A stretch of DNA of 63,057 nucleotides, the filler included, from Licmophora abbreviata (Eukaryota): NCBI GenBank assembly GCA_900291995.1. It is 14 parts of 14 records of this genome, joined end to end, with 100 filler letters (N's around TTAATTAATTAA, not from the genome) between each part and the next. Parts side by side here need not be neighbours in the genome. Positions count along the whole stretch, not along the records: positions 1 to 2,553 come from OLMU01003610.1; positions 2,654 to 5,931 come from OLMU01003612.1; positions 6,032 to 11,965 come from OLMU01003613.1; positions 12,066 to 14,565 come from OLMU01003614.1; 10 more parts are not named here. One strand, 5' to 3'. Each line of letters starts with the position of its first letter. Position 1 is the stretch's first letter. Of the stretch, positions 1 through 12,310 are shown in pieces. A model generated the notes under the pieces. The model worked only from the letters and a program-made list of their open reading frames with translations. It was not told where the DNA came from and did not search any database. The position numbers were made by a program, and so were the translations under genes.

Positions 1-2553
1 CGCTGTTCGTTTCGATTTCGCGACTTCGGCTAGTTCCTGCTTCACTTTCCCGTAATCCTCCTTTGAGACGTCTTTCGGGATATCGAACATACATGGGGTG
101 ACAGCCGTGTACGTGGCGTCGGGCGACTGTCTAGCCTCCTCGACAAGTTGCAACCAGCGCTTGTATTCCACAGTCGCTTCCTCATAGCGTTCCAACCGTG
201 CATGGCAACGGGCGCGTCGCAGCATCGCCTTCATATAGAGACAATGGATTCTTAGCGCGGCTGCACAGTCAGTAATCGCTTCTTGAAACTTTCCAAGGGC
301 CATCAGACAGGCAGCACGATTGCAATGAAGAACCGCATGAACTCTTCCTCCCGCATTTGTACCGTCTCCAGAAGGGTCCATCCCATACGCATCGATCAAC
401 AGGCATTTCGTGTACTGGGCTGCCGCAAGCTGGTAGTCGCCATTTCGAAAAAGTGAGTCGCCACGCTCTTTTCCTGAAATCGTATCGTTCAGCTTTTTCC
501 TCTCTCTCGATATCCAACACAACAACGTCTCGTTCTCTGCTGAAGATCTTTTGAACAGCCCTTCCAGTCCGATTATAGCTTCAGTGGCAACCGTGTATCG
601 CTCTTCAAGGCGAAGCGCTCGGATGTAATATGGAAGAATACCGTTGGGAAGACGCATAGCAGCTTCCGCCGGCGCTTTGCTGCCGAGTTTCTTCGTTGAA
701 CTCTCTTCAGCTCCAGCTTCATCAAAGAAATCCGCTCGCAAATACGTTGCCAATGGAACTCCGGGAAAAGGGTTTCGATCTGCCAGATCGCCCGTGAACA
801 ATCCATCAGACTTGACAACTTTCGTTGCCAGGCGTTCACAGTACCCAGCAAGTTCGCGCCATCGCTTTAGCACCGCCAGCAATCCGACTTTCTGCTGGAT
901 CAAAAGCGGCGAATCAGGTGCGAATCGAAGCGCATTGTTCAAAGAAATGAGCGTCTGAAGGCTTTGTCGCCTCGACGAAGCAGTTGGGCTCTGAAAGGAA
1001 GCGGGCGTGTTGCGTCTGGCTATTTCGATGCTCTCCTGGCAGCGGTGCACCTCGATCTTTCCGGCTTCAGCCTCTGTTATCACATGCGACAAGAACTGGT
1101 CGTTTCCGTGGTTGGAAGATACCATGATAGTCTGCGCAACATTGATCGCGTCTAGAAATGCCTGTTCAGCTTCTGGAAGGTTCCCGAGCTTGAGGAAACT
1201 CTTTCCCATGCGAAGGAGCAGCTTCGTTTTCAGGACCGGTCCGCCCTCACTTTGCTGCCCCAACCCCGCTATAACAGTATCAGAAACGAATCGGAGTCCT
1301 TCCTTGCAATCTACAGAAGCAGCAGCAGGGGCGTCAACCATGACCAAGGCAGCAGAACGGTTGGCCAGAAGTACAGCTCTCAAGTCATCGACAGTATTCT
1401 GATCCATCGGTGAATGTTGACTGTGAGCTTGTAATGCACTCGTGTACTTGAGAATAGCGTTCCGATAGTCACGTTTCGTGTAGAAAGAGCGTGCCTCTTC
1501 TCGAAGAGACTCCACCATCGCTTTTGCTCCACTATAGTCCACCTCCGAGCTGCATGTAGACGCCGTTCGTAAAGTGTGTACGCCTGACGAGTCGAAGCTG
1601 TCCTGCGAGACGCTCGTATGAATCCTACTCGCCGGGTTCGCCTCCTTGGTTGGGTTATTCGAAGAGAAAATGCCCGACGTTGCATTGCTCGACTGCTGGG
1701 TGCGCGGTGTTCGCCAAGAGTTGAGCTTCGGCGATCCCACTATTCTCGGATTTTTTCTCGTCCGAAACTTGGGTGACTTCTTGCCACCACTACCGATACT
1801 GAATCCGCTGAATGGTGCTGATGCCGTCGGTGGTACAGGACTTCCATTGACAGCCCAATCCATGGGCGAAGTGAAGTTTGGACTCGTCGACGGCTGGGCT
1901 CCCGTGGCATTCGGTGAGAGCACATTGGCACTGGGCGGCACGTTCTGCTCCGGCAATTCTGGTGGCTGCGTTGGCCCAAACGATACCTTGGGTGTGGGGG
2001 CCGTTGCCGGGAACATTCCCGGCGCTGGCCCAGTCGCAGGCCCCGTGGACTGCTCTACTGCGGCTGGAGGAGCTGGAGCTACAGGCTGAGCGGCTCGGTA
2101 CTTTCGTCCTCGATGCTTCCCTCGGTTCGTCTTCTTCTTGCCACGTGACAGGTCGACTTGAAACACAGGCTGTTGAAAAATAGGAATCGACTGTGGAGCA
2201 GTCGCCGAATTCGCATCAGCAGCGTCAGCCGTCATTCCCACCGGAGTCGCCGTCTTTCTTCGCATCTTGCCCACACCAGTGGGACGGCCATTGGAATGCT
2301 CCGCTCGCTTGGTTGGCGACATGGAACCAATAGGCATTCCCGTCGTAGTAGCATCCGGAGAGAGGAAAGTGTTGCCGCTGGGAGACAGTGGCGATGGGAA
2401 CGATGCTGTGCTGTTCGACGCAGGAGTGGTCGCGGCCTCCACCGGTCGAGTCGGAGGCGTAGGGGGCAATCCTGAAAGACGATCGGTAGGAGTATCCGCA
2501 GCACCTCCATCTTCACTCGTCGAACCATTCGTTTTCGAGCCGGATCGTGAAAA
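1..2553 (-). CDS. TPR-repeat co-chaperone, DNAJC7-like (partial at both ends)
   Basis: Missing from the ORF track because it runs off the window. One minus frame reads at both ends, and no in-frame stop is implied between 2553 and 1. TPR motifs: SLREEARSFYTKRDYRNAILKYTSAL, VLLANRSAALVM, KERGDSLFRNGDYQLAAAQYTKCL, VLHCNRAACLMALGKFQEAITDCAAALRIHCLYMKAMLRRARCHARLERYEEA. The N-terminal part is low complexity. Any J-domain would lie left of the window. Confidence 0.8.
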
Positions 2554-2653
2554 NNNNNNNNNNNNNNNNNNNNNNNNNNNNNNNNNNNNNNNNNNNNTTA
2601 ATTAATTAANNNNNNNNNNNNNNNNNNNNNNNNNNNNNNNNNNNNNNNNNNNN
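2554..2653. other. Artificial scaffold linker N44-TTAATTAATTAA-N44
   Basis: 100-nt spacer with a six-frame stop cassette. Confidence 0.99.
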
Positions 2654-3984
2654 CTGTGGACAAGGCAGATTTTCTCGATCTTCTCTTGGAGTCCCAGAAA
2701 CCACAGAGGTTTGGAGATAGCGTCGTTATGCGACAACCGCTTGGCGTGGTTGTCGTCTTGAGCCCCTGGAACTTCCCTGTGGACGAAATTCTTCTTTTGA
2801 CACTGCCGGCCTTGGCATGTGGGAATACAGGTGCGTGTATGATCCAGGGTGTCCGTAGTGTGGATCAGGCTTGACTTTATCATTGCGCAGGACGAACTGA
2901 ATTGTATTTTTGTTACTTGTATCGGTCCATGACATACTTTCAGTGATCGTGAAGCCATCGGAAGTGACACCGGTATGCGGCGCTTTGACTGTGTCAAGTT
3001 TGGCCAAAGTGTTGCCACCCAACACATTGCTCTTGGCGCAAGGAGACGGCGTCGTCGGCTCGCAACTAGTCTCTCACCCAATGGTGAACATGGTTGCCAT
3101 GACTGGAAGCTCTGCAACTGGAAGCCGCATTCTTGAAATAGCAGCACCCAAGATGAAGCGCTTAGTTCTAGAACTTGGAGGAAAGGACCCCATGGTTGTC
3201 TTTGGCGATGCCGACGTCGACAAGGCCGCCCGAGATGCTGTCGCGTACTCCCTGTGCAACACTGGGCAAGTGTGTTGTTCGGTGGAACGCATTTACGTGG
3301 CGGAACCGATCCGTGCCGAATTTGAAACGAAGGTCGTGGAGTATGCTTCGACATATAAGGTGGGAAACGGCATGAGTCGTGACATCAAGGTGGGACCGAT
3401 GGTGTCTAGACTGCAGCGAGATCATGTGGCGTCGCAGGTTTCGTGTGCTGTCGAGCAAGGTGCCAAGAAGTTGCTGGAGAGTTCGCTGCCATCGGATGCT
3501 TCCGAAACTTCTTCCTATTTTCCGGTGACGGTGCTGTCGAGTCTGAGACAAGATATGGATATTATGAGGAGAGAAACCTTTGGGCCTGTCGTTGCGATCT
3601 CAACCTTTGACGGGAGCGAATCGGATGCGATACGTTTGGCAAATGATACCGAATATGGTCTTGCTGCCAGTGTCTATACCACGGATATGGAAAAAGCTAA
3701 GCGCATTGCCAGTCGAATAGCTTGCGGGCAGGTTGGAATCAATTGCTACGTTCTCGACAATATGGACGTTGCTTGTCCGTGGTAAGTGCATCGTTCGCTT
3801 TCTACCGATTGTGCAACTGGACTTCGTACACTAATAATGCTTAAACCCTTATCTTCCTAGGGTGGGCCACAAGAGCTCAGGATTTGGATTTCACTCGGGA
3901 GTCGATGGATTTCACCAGTTTTCGATTCCAAAGACGCTTGCCTTTCCATCAGACGGCGAGCTAAATGGAGCTTCGAAAGATTGA
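2654..3984 (+). CDS. NAD(P)-dependent aldehyde dehydrogenase (5'-truncated by gap)
   Basis: Exons 2654-2830, 2944-3781, 3861-3984 with GT-AG introns. Motifs SPWNFP, GNTVIVKPSE, MTGSSATG, LELGGKDP (catalytic Glu), GQVCCS (catalytic Cys), ETFGPV, EYGLAASVYT, PWVGHKSSGFG. Confidence 0.93.
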
Positions 3985-4137
3985 AGGCTCAAGCTTAACT
4001 TATATAGACCCTTAACAAAGCCGTATTTTATAGTCACTGTGAACGTGAACGGCATGCCCTCGGGACGAAACGAAAGTGTGATCTGGAGCGCATGGACCAC
4101 GAGAAGGATAATAACAGTTGTCCCTCGATATTAGTCA

Positions 4138-4732
4138 CTATGCATGAAATCTCTGATAGTCCGGGACTTTCTTCTCTTTGGGGCGTACGATCCGTCGATG
4201 ATGCTTTCTCGGAGCTCTAGCCTTCTTGTCTCCACCATCGTCGTTTCCTGCTCCACTGTCGCTACTGAAATCGCTATCATCTGAATCTTGATCGGAAGAG
4301 TCGGTCGAAGACTCATCAAATGCGCGCTGTTTGTGAAAGATGCAACATCGTTTCGAAGACTTTCTTCCCATGCCTTCGTTATCAACAACATCCTCGTCCC
4401 TATGAAGAAAGAATTATAAGCGATGCATATTGTGTAAGCGTGAGTCGATACACACCAGGCGACGGGGCTCGTGCTCCTTTGAGTTAAAATCTGTAATCGC
4501 AGTTGAACGCTACATACCATCTTACGGAGGGTCGAGCTTGCAGCCGAAGCGTCAACATCTCACCGCTGGGCGGTCTCGATTCTTCTTCTGTGATTGTCAC
4601 CGTCGCAGAGCCGGATGCCGCTGCTGCTTCTTCATTTGCGGACCCTTCAGGCATTCGATCTAGGGATGGGGCATAGTCATTTTGCTCTGAAGGCGCTTCA
4701 GCCGAGGAGTCGCGAGCGGAGCTCATCGTCAT
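4138..4732 (-). CDS. PPP1R11: Protein phosphatase 1 inhibitor-3 (Ypi1/PPP1R11 family)
   Basis: Exons 4732-4518 and 4399-4138 (intron 4400-4517). The spliced product reads [29 protein letters not shown], i.e. the RVxW PP1-docking motif plus the CCI(F/Y)HK signature, followed by an acidic Ser/Asp tract. Confidence 0.9.
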
Positions 4733-5020
4733 CGTGACTTCTGCTCTAGCTGTTTTGTGTTTTGACGATGCGAAAAGGGAGGCGATGAGAAGCGTCCGCC
4801 CTTCTGCCCCTTTTGCCACGAATCATTCGATTCTTTCTCAGACGTGGGGAGGTCGTTGCACTGGCTATACTAAGTATGGGTCGCTACGAGTAAAGATGTG
4901 TTGAGCAATGTATAGCTTAGCTGATGTGCAAAATACAGTGTGTCCAGCGTAGTCCGTATACTAGCTACAAGTGCGCCAGTATACGACCTTGCCTTGAATG
5001 CAGAATGAAATGATAACGAT

Positions 5021-7397
5021 TCAACCCTGTACCCTTGAGCTTCGCCTCGTCGAAATCGCACCGCCCCGTCCCTTTCCTGAGATTTCTTCTGTACTTTCGT
5101 CGGATGAAAGGTCGCCTTTGTCAGTAGAAGTCACCGAAATAGCGGCCGAATCTTCCCCCGTTGCATTGGCAGACGACAAAGAGATTGCCGAAGGAACCTT
5201 GGCGCTCAAGTGCGGCATCTGCAATGAATCTAGGAGAGCATCCGCTTGGTGAGCAGCCTGGGCAGCAGCGGTGGAGGCCTCCCCTTGGACAGTGACGGGT
5301 CCACTTCGAGCCCGTCCAAGCTGCGCAGTCACCTGGGCAGAGTCGAACGAAATCTCGGAAGAGATCAACTTGTTGGAAGCGGGGCTGAATTTGGCGTGCA
5401 TAGTGCCTTTGAGTGATAGTTCACTCGTAGCACCCTATGTATGAAAATGAAAACAAGCGAGAAAGTGTAAGCAAAGACAGAGAAGACACACAATAGATCA
5501 CACTTTATTGCGGACATAAGCAATTGAACGTACCTTATCGATGCCACCTGCCGACGATGCGGTCCATTGCAACACACCTGTGCAACCATCCATGAAGAAA
5601 TTCTTCCTCTCGCAATGATATTGAAATGTCACTGGATTGTCTGATTCAGTCTTTCCAATTGTCTGAAGGAACAAGGACATAGTCGCCGCATCAGCCATCA
5701 CCTCCCCGGCACCACTTAAGACCTGATCCACCATGATCGAAGAGCCTGTCTTCGGGTGAACCATCTTCCGGAAGTCCATCACAGGCAAGGTCAACTGGAA
5801 AGTGTCTTCCAATATGGCGACCCAACGAGCACTGTTCGGCTCATTTCGACCACGCAACTTGAGAAACTCTTCCATAACTCTGAATCGCACTTCCCTTTGC
5901 TCAATCTCTCGCTGAGCCCCGTGTCGTTTCTNNNNNNNNNNNNNNNNNNNNNNNNNNNNNNNNNNNNNNNNNNNNTTAATTAATTAANNNNNNNNNNNNN
6001 NNNNNNNNNNNNNNNNNNNNNNNNNNNNNNNGCTGAGCCCCGTGTCGTTTCTCCAAGTCAGCAGCGTCGCGCTGCGAAACGAGCTCAGTGAGCGTTCGCT
6101 TGAGTTCCTCGACGTAGGCCTTCTTTCGAAGTCGCGTGTTGCGTGCATGCTCGCGGTTGCGGTCGCGATTCTGTCGGGCACGTTCATCCGGAGTAAGGTT
6201 CTGACGCCTCGCGCGATTGTTGGCCTTGTTGTCGGCCCCGGGGGGACCAACTGGTCCGTCATTCGACGATGTGCAAGCATTCACCCAATTACTACTTGTG
6301 AGCGCCTTGATGTGTGCAGTGCTGGTGTCGACTTTGATGTTAAAGTCATCAGCGTCGGCACTGGTTTTAGAGGATGTGGGAGCATCGGTCTGGGTGGTAC
6401 CAGCATTCAGAATCAAGTTGGTGACCGCTGCCTGAGCTACAGACTTGAAGTCGGATTCGGAGGGCTTTCCAGACTTAGAAGATGCTGAAGGAAGTGAGAC
6501 TGACACAGCAGCTGCAGCTGCCTTTGCAGCGGCGGCCTCGGATGTGATCGAGTCGCCCTTTCCGCCGCTGACCTTCGAAGGCGGGACAACTCGTGCCCTC
6601 CCAGAGGGAGTTTTGGCTACAGGAACCTTCGCCGAAGTAACAACGAGAGGGTTCGGCGTGTCATTGCTTGCTTTTCCACTGCGCGCATGAAGTAACGCCT
6701 GCTGTTCTTGACGGAGCTTGAGCGCGGCGTGGCCGGCCGACTGTGGAATCGCCTTGCTTGCGGCCGAAGCCTTGGACTTCGTACCTCCACGACGCCCACC
6801 TTGGGTAGACGCGCCTTTGCTTCGTGCGCCAGCGCGTTTCTTCGCCGCAGGGCCTTCCACTGCCGTCCTCATTGCTGTTCCGTTGGCGGGGCGCTTCTTG
6901 CTCCCAGCCTTTTTCGTAGTGTTGCTGGCGACAGTGGCAGCGGTGACAGTCACGTCTGAGGCGACAGACGCTGTCACAGCAGCGGAGGTTACAGTGTTCG
7001 AGCTCGCCACAGGAGCAGGGGAAGGGGCTAGCAGAATACTGAAGTCATTGAACGATGTCGACGGACGAAAAGCACCAAATCCATCGTCGAGGGAAGGAAT
7101 CCCATCCATCTTCGAGTTCCCTTCAACAGCTGGTCCGGCCAATAGAGATGGGATTTCTACGCATCGAAGATATCATGGAAAAAGCAATTAGTAATCTCAT
7201 TCGCACCGAAGGAAGAAGCTCACAACGAGTTACTGACCATTTTCTGCCACTGGGTGATCTCCAACGACAGCCTCAGAGTTGTACATATCAATCAGTTCGT
7301 CGCCGAAAAGGACACCTCCGAAAAGATCAGGGGCGTTGACGCCATCGCTGAGCACAGCGGCGCTGGGATCATCACTAGACCAGTCAGTAGCAGTCAT
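5021..7397 (-). CDS. bZIP transcription factor with C-terminal alpha/beta domain (stramenopile type)
   Basis: Exons 7397-7238, 7156-5534 (crossing linker 5932-6031, whose flanks overlap by 21 nt) and 5434-5021. Basic region ERARQNRDRNREHARNTRLRKKAYVEELKRTLTELVSQRD continues in frame across the overlap into REIEQREVRFRVMEEFL. Confidence 0.88.
5932..6031. other. Artificial scaffold linker (flanks overlap 21 nt)
   Basis: gctgagccccgtgtcgtttct is present on both sides. Confidence 0.99.
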
Positions 7398-8819
7398 TGT
7401 TGTTGTTTGTCTGGTATCCTGGCAAGGTTGGGTCGTAGAAATATGATTGAAGTAAGAGCGATATGGGGCGCGAGAGGTTCTCTATTCAAGTGAATCAAGA
7501 TACAACCGATGATGAGAGAAGGGGAGAAGCGAAACAGTGAAACTGGATATAGCGATGAGGCGAGATGAGATGAAGTAGCTTGTGGTGTCTATAGGAATGT
7601 TTGAAAGGGGGTGAAAAGAAGTGAGATTCGGTATAACAGACAAAGACCCAGCGGCATCCATCAAGGGTCATCCATCGGAGGATTTCTCGCATAACTCATT
7701 CCAGACCACCAACAAGTCCACTTCAAGTTGCCCTTTCCCTCCCAAGCACGACACTAGAAAATGAACCGAAAAGAAAGCGAGAACGAGGCAGTTCCTCCAT
7801 GCACTACCGAAGAAGGAGGCGTTTCGTGTTGCTGCAGGTATCCTTGACATGTTGTTGATTGATTCTCATTTCTTCCTATACTAATTCCCACGTAGAAGCT
7901 ACACAAGATCGAGAAACAATTCTACAGGAGCTCACTTACGTGTATGAACTTTAAATGAGACGAGGAGAGCGTAGACCCCAATCTTGCGTCTCAAGTTCAA
8001 GTGTTGATGAGTGCGTTAGTGTGATGAATGCGAAAAGGCGCTGCCCTGAACGATTTCCATGAGAAAAAGTAAGAGAAGTCGATAGTAACTTTTGCCGCTG
8101 TTTTGATGGCACGAAATGAGAGGCTCCGGATCTTTCGAACGCCGGGAAGGTCAGAACACGCACTCACGAAGGATTCATACCAGGCGCTACGTAATGTCTT
8201 AGGACACAAATCTTCAATAGTGCACATAGTGATGTCATGACAGATCCAGAAGCATCTTGTTTTTCATACATTTGATGTGATGTCAGACATGAGGACGGAT
8301 TTTCGTTAAATGAACGAATAAGTATGAAAAATGACGTTGAAATGGTCCATTCCTTGTCAGCACGTCCCACGTATTATTAGAATATATTTAGACACGTATA
8401 CCATTCAATATAATCTGACTACGTGTCACGTGCGTGTCAGAGCGACAAATCAACGTGACTTGGATTCTGCAAAACCATCCAGCAACTTCATCAGGAAACC
8501 CCATTGTAACCAAAACAAGCTACCGCCCGGCTCTGGCTGTGCATGCCGATCAAGCATCTATCTAACGTTGTTCAAGACTGAAGCCGCCCCGAGTGCCCGG
8601 AACGAATCGTCTCAGTGCTCCGTGCCAATACTTAGTAGCTAGTAGTCATCAGGTTGATGGAGCGACCACCTACAACGGAGCGAGCGCCGACTCGAGCATA
8701 GGAAGTACTAGTTGGATAGAAAGGGGAGCGTTTCCGTCCGAGCGTCCAATACTCAGGTCGATTCACCATGGTAATGTAGCCTCTCGACGAAACAGCGTGT
8801 AGTCTCACTCTTGAGCGTG

Positions 8820-9966
8820 CTACAGCGCCACATGAAAACTTGAGGCAATCTTTCGAAACTTCATATCGTATCTTGCATCGTCCCACATATCTCGTGGAGA
8901 AACCACAGTCATGGTTATTAGAGTTTCCCCGAACCTTTCTGTAATTACCGAGATGGCGCGCAGTGGTGGACCCTGATCTCCTCGGTCTACTGTATACTCA
9001 AACTGGTACACATGCCGTTCCACGTCCTCCTCAGCTCTGACCAAGTGTGCCACGCGGCCACTCCCTTCCGGAGCTAATGACACGCGCAGATATGTTTCAG
9101 CCGCGTCCGAGGGTGGGCCCAGTGACCCCCTCAATGAAAATCCTGGCGGCACTTTCGAAATGACCACAGACACGTTTGTGTCAACGTTAGACACCCCTCG
9201 AGAGTCTAGCCGTCCCGGTGGACCAAAAGCTATCATTCACGCAATCACAAAAAATTGAGAAGTTGTGCTCATGGCAGTGAGAGAAGTGAACACGAGAAAG
9301 CCGAAAGCAAGACACAATCTAGTCAATTGACCTACCTGCATCCGGTAGAACGCCGCTCCCGCTGCGTCGCTTGATATTGTAGTCCAGGTTCTGTGCCCGT
9401 CGCTGTGCTTTTGCAAGTTCAACAGCGGTATCACCAACCCACTCTTTTGGTATCAGGAATGTGTAGCCTTCACCATTGAATCGCTTATACTCGCCCCGGG
9501 GATAGTAGGTGTCAAGCCCAGTCGCTTCGACCGTGGATTCCGGGATGGTCTCCAATAGTCGACTAGTGACACCCAAGAAGTTGGCCGCGAGTGCAATGCC
9601 TGAAGCGGAAATGAATGACAGAACGATGCGCCGTGGTGATGTACCCATGGCTCTCAAGATCTCATCGGTGTTCATTGTTGTCGATGGATCGTCGTTCCGC
9701 TTCCCACGGGTGGTGACTTGCGTAGCTGGAGGTTCAGCTTCAGGAGCAGGGAGACCCGACTCTGGCGTCGAGACGTCATTGTTTTCGCCTCTCTGGGACA
9801 ATCGAACGGGACTGTAGCGAAATGTTATAGAGGCCGCATCTTTATGAGCTGGTAGCATCAGTCTGTGTCCGACTCGCGACACCGAAGCCCACGCGTGAGA
9901 CAATTCTGGCGTCAACGACAGACATGATATCGTCACGAGCGTATTTATTCTGCAGATAGACCTCAT
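8820..9966 (-). CDS. PsbP domain-containing thylakoid protein, PPD7-like
   Basis: Exons 9966-9336 and 9229-8820 (intron 9230-9335). Signal peptide ending SHA-W, hydrophobic segment ASGIALAANFLGVTS, then LDTYYP, F-x-IPKEWVGD, AFGPPG...NVSVVIS and YQFEYTV, as in plant PPD7. Confidence 0.82.
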
Positions 9967-10295
9967 GACACTGATTTGCAGGAATGGATATTTTGCGCAA
10001 GAAAAAGAAAGGTACAGTGCCACCAATATACGGCGTCATGTGTCATGGCAACACGGCGCATGTTGTATCGCTGCCTGTTGTGACCAACATTTTGTCCGAA
10101 AAGGTGATCTCAACAGGACGACGGACGCAAAGCAGACGACCCGCCAGCATGCCATCACTGTCTCTGCCTTCGAAAAAGTGCATATTGAATATCTTAGAAA
10201 ACATTTGTGTAAACTTCAATCATATTATCTAGCAAGGTTAGCTTCGATCGAGTTGTAGCCCTTCATCAAGCGAAAGAATGCTAAAAGGTGCAATG

Positions 10296-11458
10296 TTAAG
10301 CGTTCTCTTGGAAATGTTTCAACATTGTTGATAGATCTTCGGGATCTAGGGCCGACGCACCGTTTTCCTCGTCTCTTGTTGAGGTAGATTTCCCGGGTAG
10401 CGAGTCCTTCTCGCCGAAAACACTGAAGGCATTGAGGGGTTCCAGACTCTCCATATCCTCAATACAATCGATCGAGACGATGCTGCACGAAGAGCTCGTG
10501 TCGATGTCCTCCTCTCTACTACTCAAAGATGACGATGATAGTTGAGACTGTGGCGAATGTGCTGATGGCAACGGCAGCGGGTTCACGAGTGGCTTGTAGT
10601 CTGTAAGTGCCTCGAGGCACTGCAGTTCTTCGTTCCGTTGGAACACAACTTCCGATGTGCTCTGCGCTGGCGGTTGCCCTGTCGATAGTCTACGCTCGAG
10701 TTGTTGTTGGTGTTGTTGTAGTTTTTGTTGTTGTTGTTGTTGTTGTTGGAAAACCGCGACGGACGGAGAGTGCGCGCGGTGCTGAAACATCCAAGGGGGT
10801 AGTTGGTGGTGACTACCCATTTGACTAAGATAATGTGGTTGCAGGAGAGCAGTTTGCTGAAGAGGCGCGTTCATCGTCAGGACGGATGCGAGACTGAAAG
10901 GAGGTTCGAGTGGTGCCGGGGCTGGAGAAGCCACCATCGTACGAGCGCGCCGAGGCTTCTCTTCATCGCTTGGCAAGATCCCATTCTTCCACTTCCACAC
11001 CGCAAGCTCTCTCTTGTAACGGTCCTTTTCAACAGCGGCTCGCGCCTCAAAGAAGCTACGAGAAGAGTCGTCGAGATGCTTCCACCGTTCAGCGATGGTG
11101 CGAGCGAGATCAGCAAACCCGATCTTGCCGTGTCTCTTTCGGTCCCGCCGGGCGGTACTAGTAGAACCATGATGAACATTTTAACCGGGTTTGGTATGGA
11201 AGCTATGATCCGTTCTCGTTCTTGTTGGAAAAATAGGTTGTAGGCGCTCAGCGGTCTTTTGGGCTTGTCCTTGGGCTTCTTCCAGGATCGTTTCTTGACC
11301 TTGGGAGTTGCCAGCGCCGCTACTTTTCCAGTACTAGTCGGTGTGGTACTGGACTGAGGCGATTCCGGTGCACTTGTGGCATCTTTTGCGACCATTTTCA
11401 AGTCAATACTACTGGATAGGTTTTCGGCTTCTTCCAAAACTTTCCCCAGTTTTTCCAT
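10296..11458 (-). CDS. HMG-box transcription factor with poly-Gln tract (apparent 1-nt frameshift)
   Basis: HMG N-half KPKDKPKRPLSAYNLFFQQERERI is in one frame. The C-half RKRHGKIGFADLARTIAERWKHLDDSSRSFFEARAAVEKDRYKRELAVW is in the -1 frame. The switch is at the T4 run 11179-11182. Confidence 0.85.
10725..10748. repeat. (TTG)8 microsatellite encoding poly-Gln
   Basis: Read directly; lies in the HMG-box CDS. Confidence 0.9.
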
Positions 11459-11965
11459 ACTCTCGAGCTCACGAAATTAGCCTAGGATACACACAAACAA
11501 CAAGTTATAGCAGTGACGACAGTGAGCGAGGTACAATGGGCCCACTCTAGTCTACGCCATCCGCTTGTTTCGCCACACCGTTCGACAAAGGTTTTGATCA
11601 AACCTGAGGATGAAAACTAAATAGTGGCATCTATATCTTCGTATCATAAACCCGGTCATCAGATCCGCGATCCCGTACTTTACATTGAATTGCCCGGCAG
11701 TGCCAGACACCATGGCTCCTTATGCCCAGTCTTTCTGTGGCCGTGACCTCCTGATATGCCATCTGAAAACGAAAGGGGGGCACAAGACGCCATCTTCTTA
11801 CCCGTGAAGTTCCTGAGACTATGCTCATTTGCTACAATAGGTTTCGAATTTGCAGTCTTTGGGAGGATGTTCGTGATTGAAGGCACGGTTGGGATGGTAT
11901 CTACTATCGCATGTACACTTTGTACCAGTCGTACTAAAAAGGAAGACATCGTATCGTAGTACGGC

Positions 11966-12065
11966 NNNNNNNNNNNNNNNNNNNNNNNNNNNNNNNNNNN
12001 NNNNNNNNNTTAATTAATTAANNNNNNNNNNNNNNNNNNNNNNNNNNNNNNNNNNNNNNNNNNNN
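11966..12065. other. Artificial scaffold linker
   Basis: N44-TTAATTAATTAA-N44. Confidence 0.99.
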
Positions 12066-12310
12066 ATATAAATATAGGTATAGATAGAGGAATATACTGC
12101 TTGCGCGATTCAGGCCCAGAGGTAAAGTCCGTCCGGCGTACGAAGGAGGGATCATGGATTTTTTGGGCGCGGTCTGTGACGAAGTCTGTCGCATGGCGTT
12201 GCGATTGATGAGATGATGACCACATACAAGCCCGTGGCGACAATTCGATCATGAGTCTCCACTCCCATCGACGCCCCAGCCTCAGATAGAGCTTAAAAGA
12301 CTACTCTGAA

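Noticed and set aside
7400..8800. Long, more AT-rich interval upstream of the bZIP gene with ACGT/CACGTG cores near 8420
   Set aside because: No ORF, terminal repeats or RNA fold recognised. A few short motifs are not enough to call a regulatory element or transposon.
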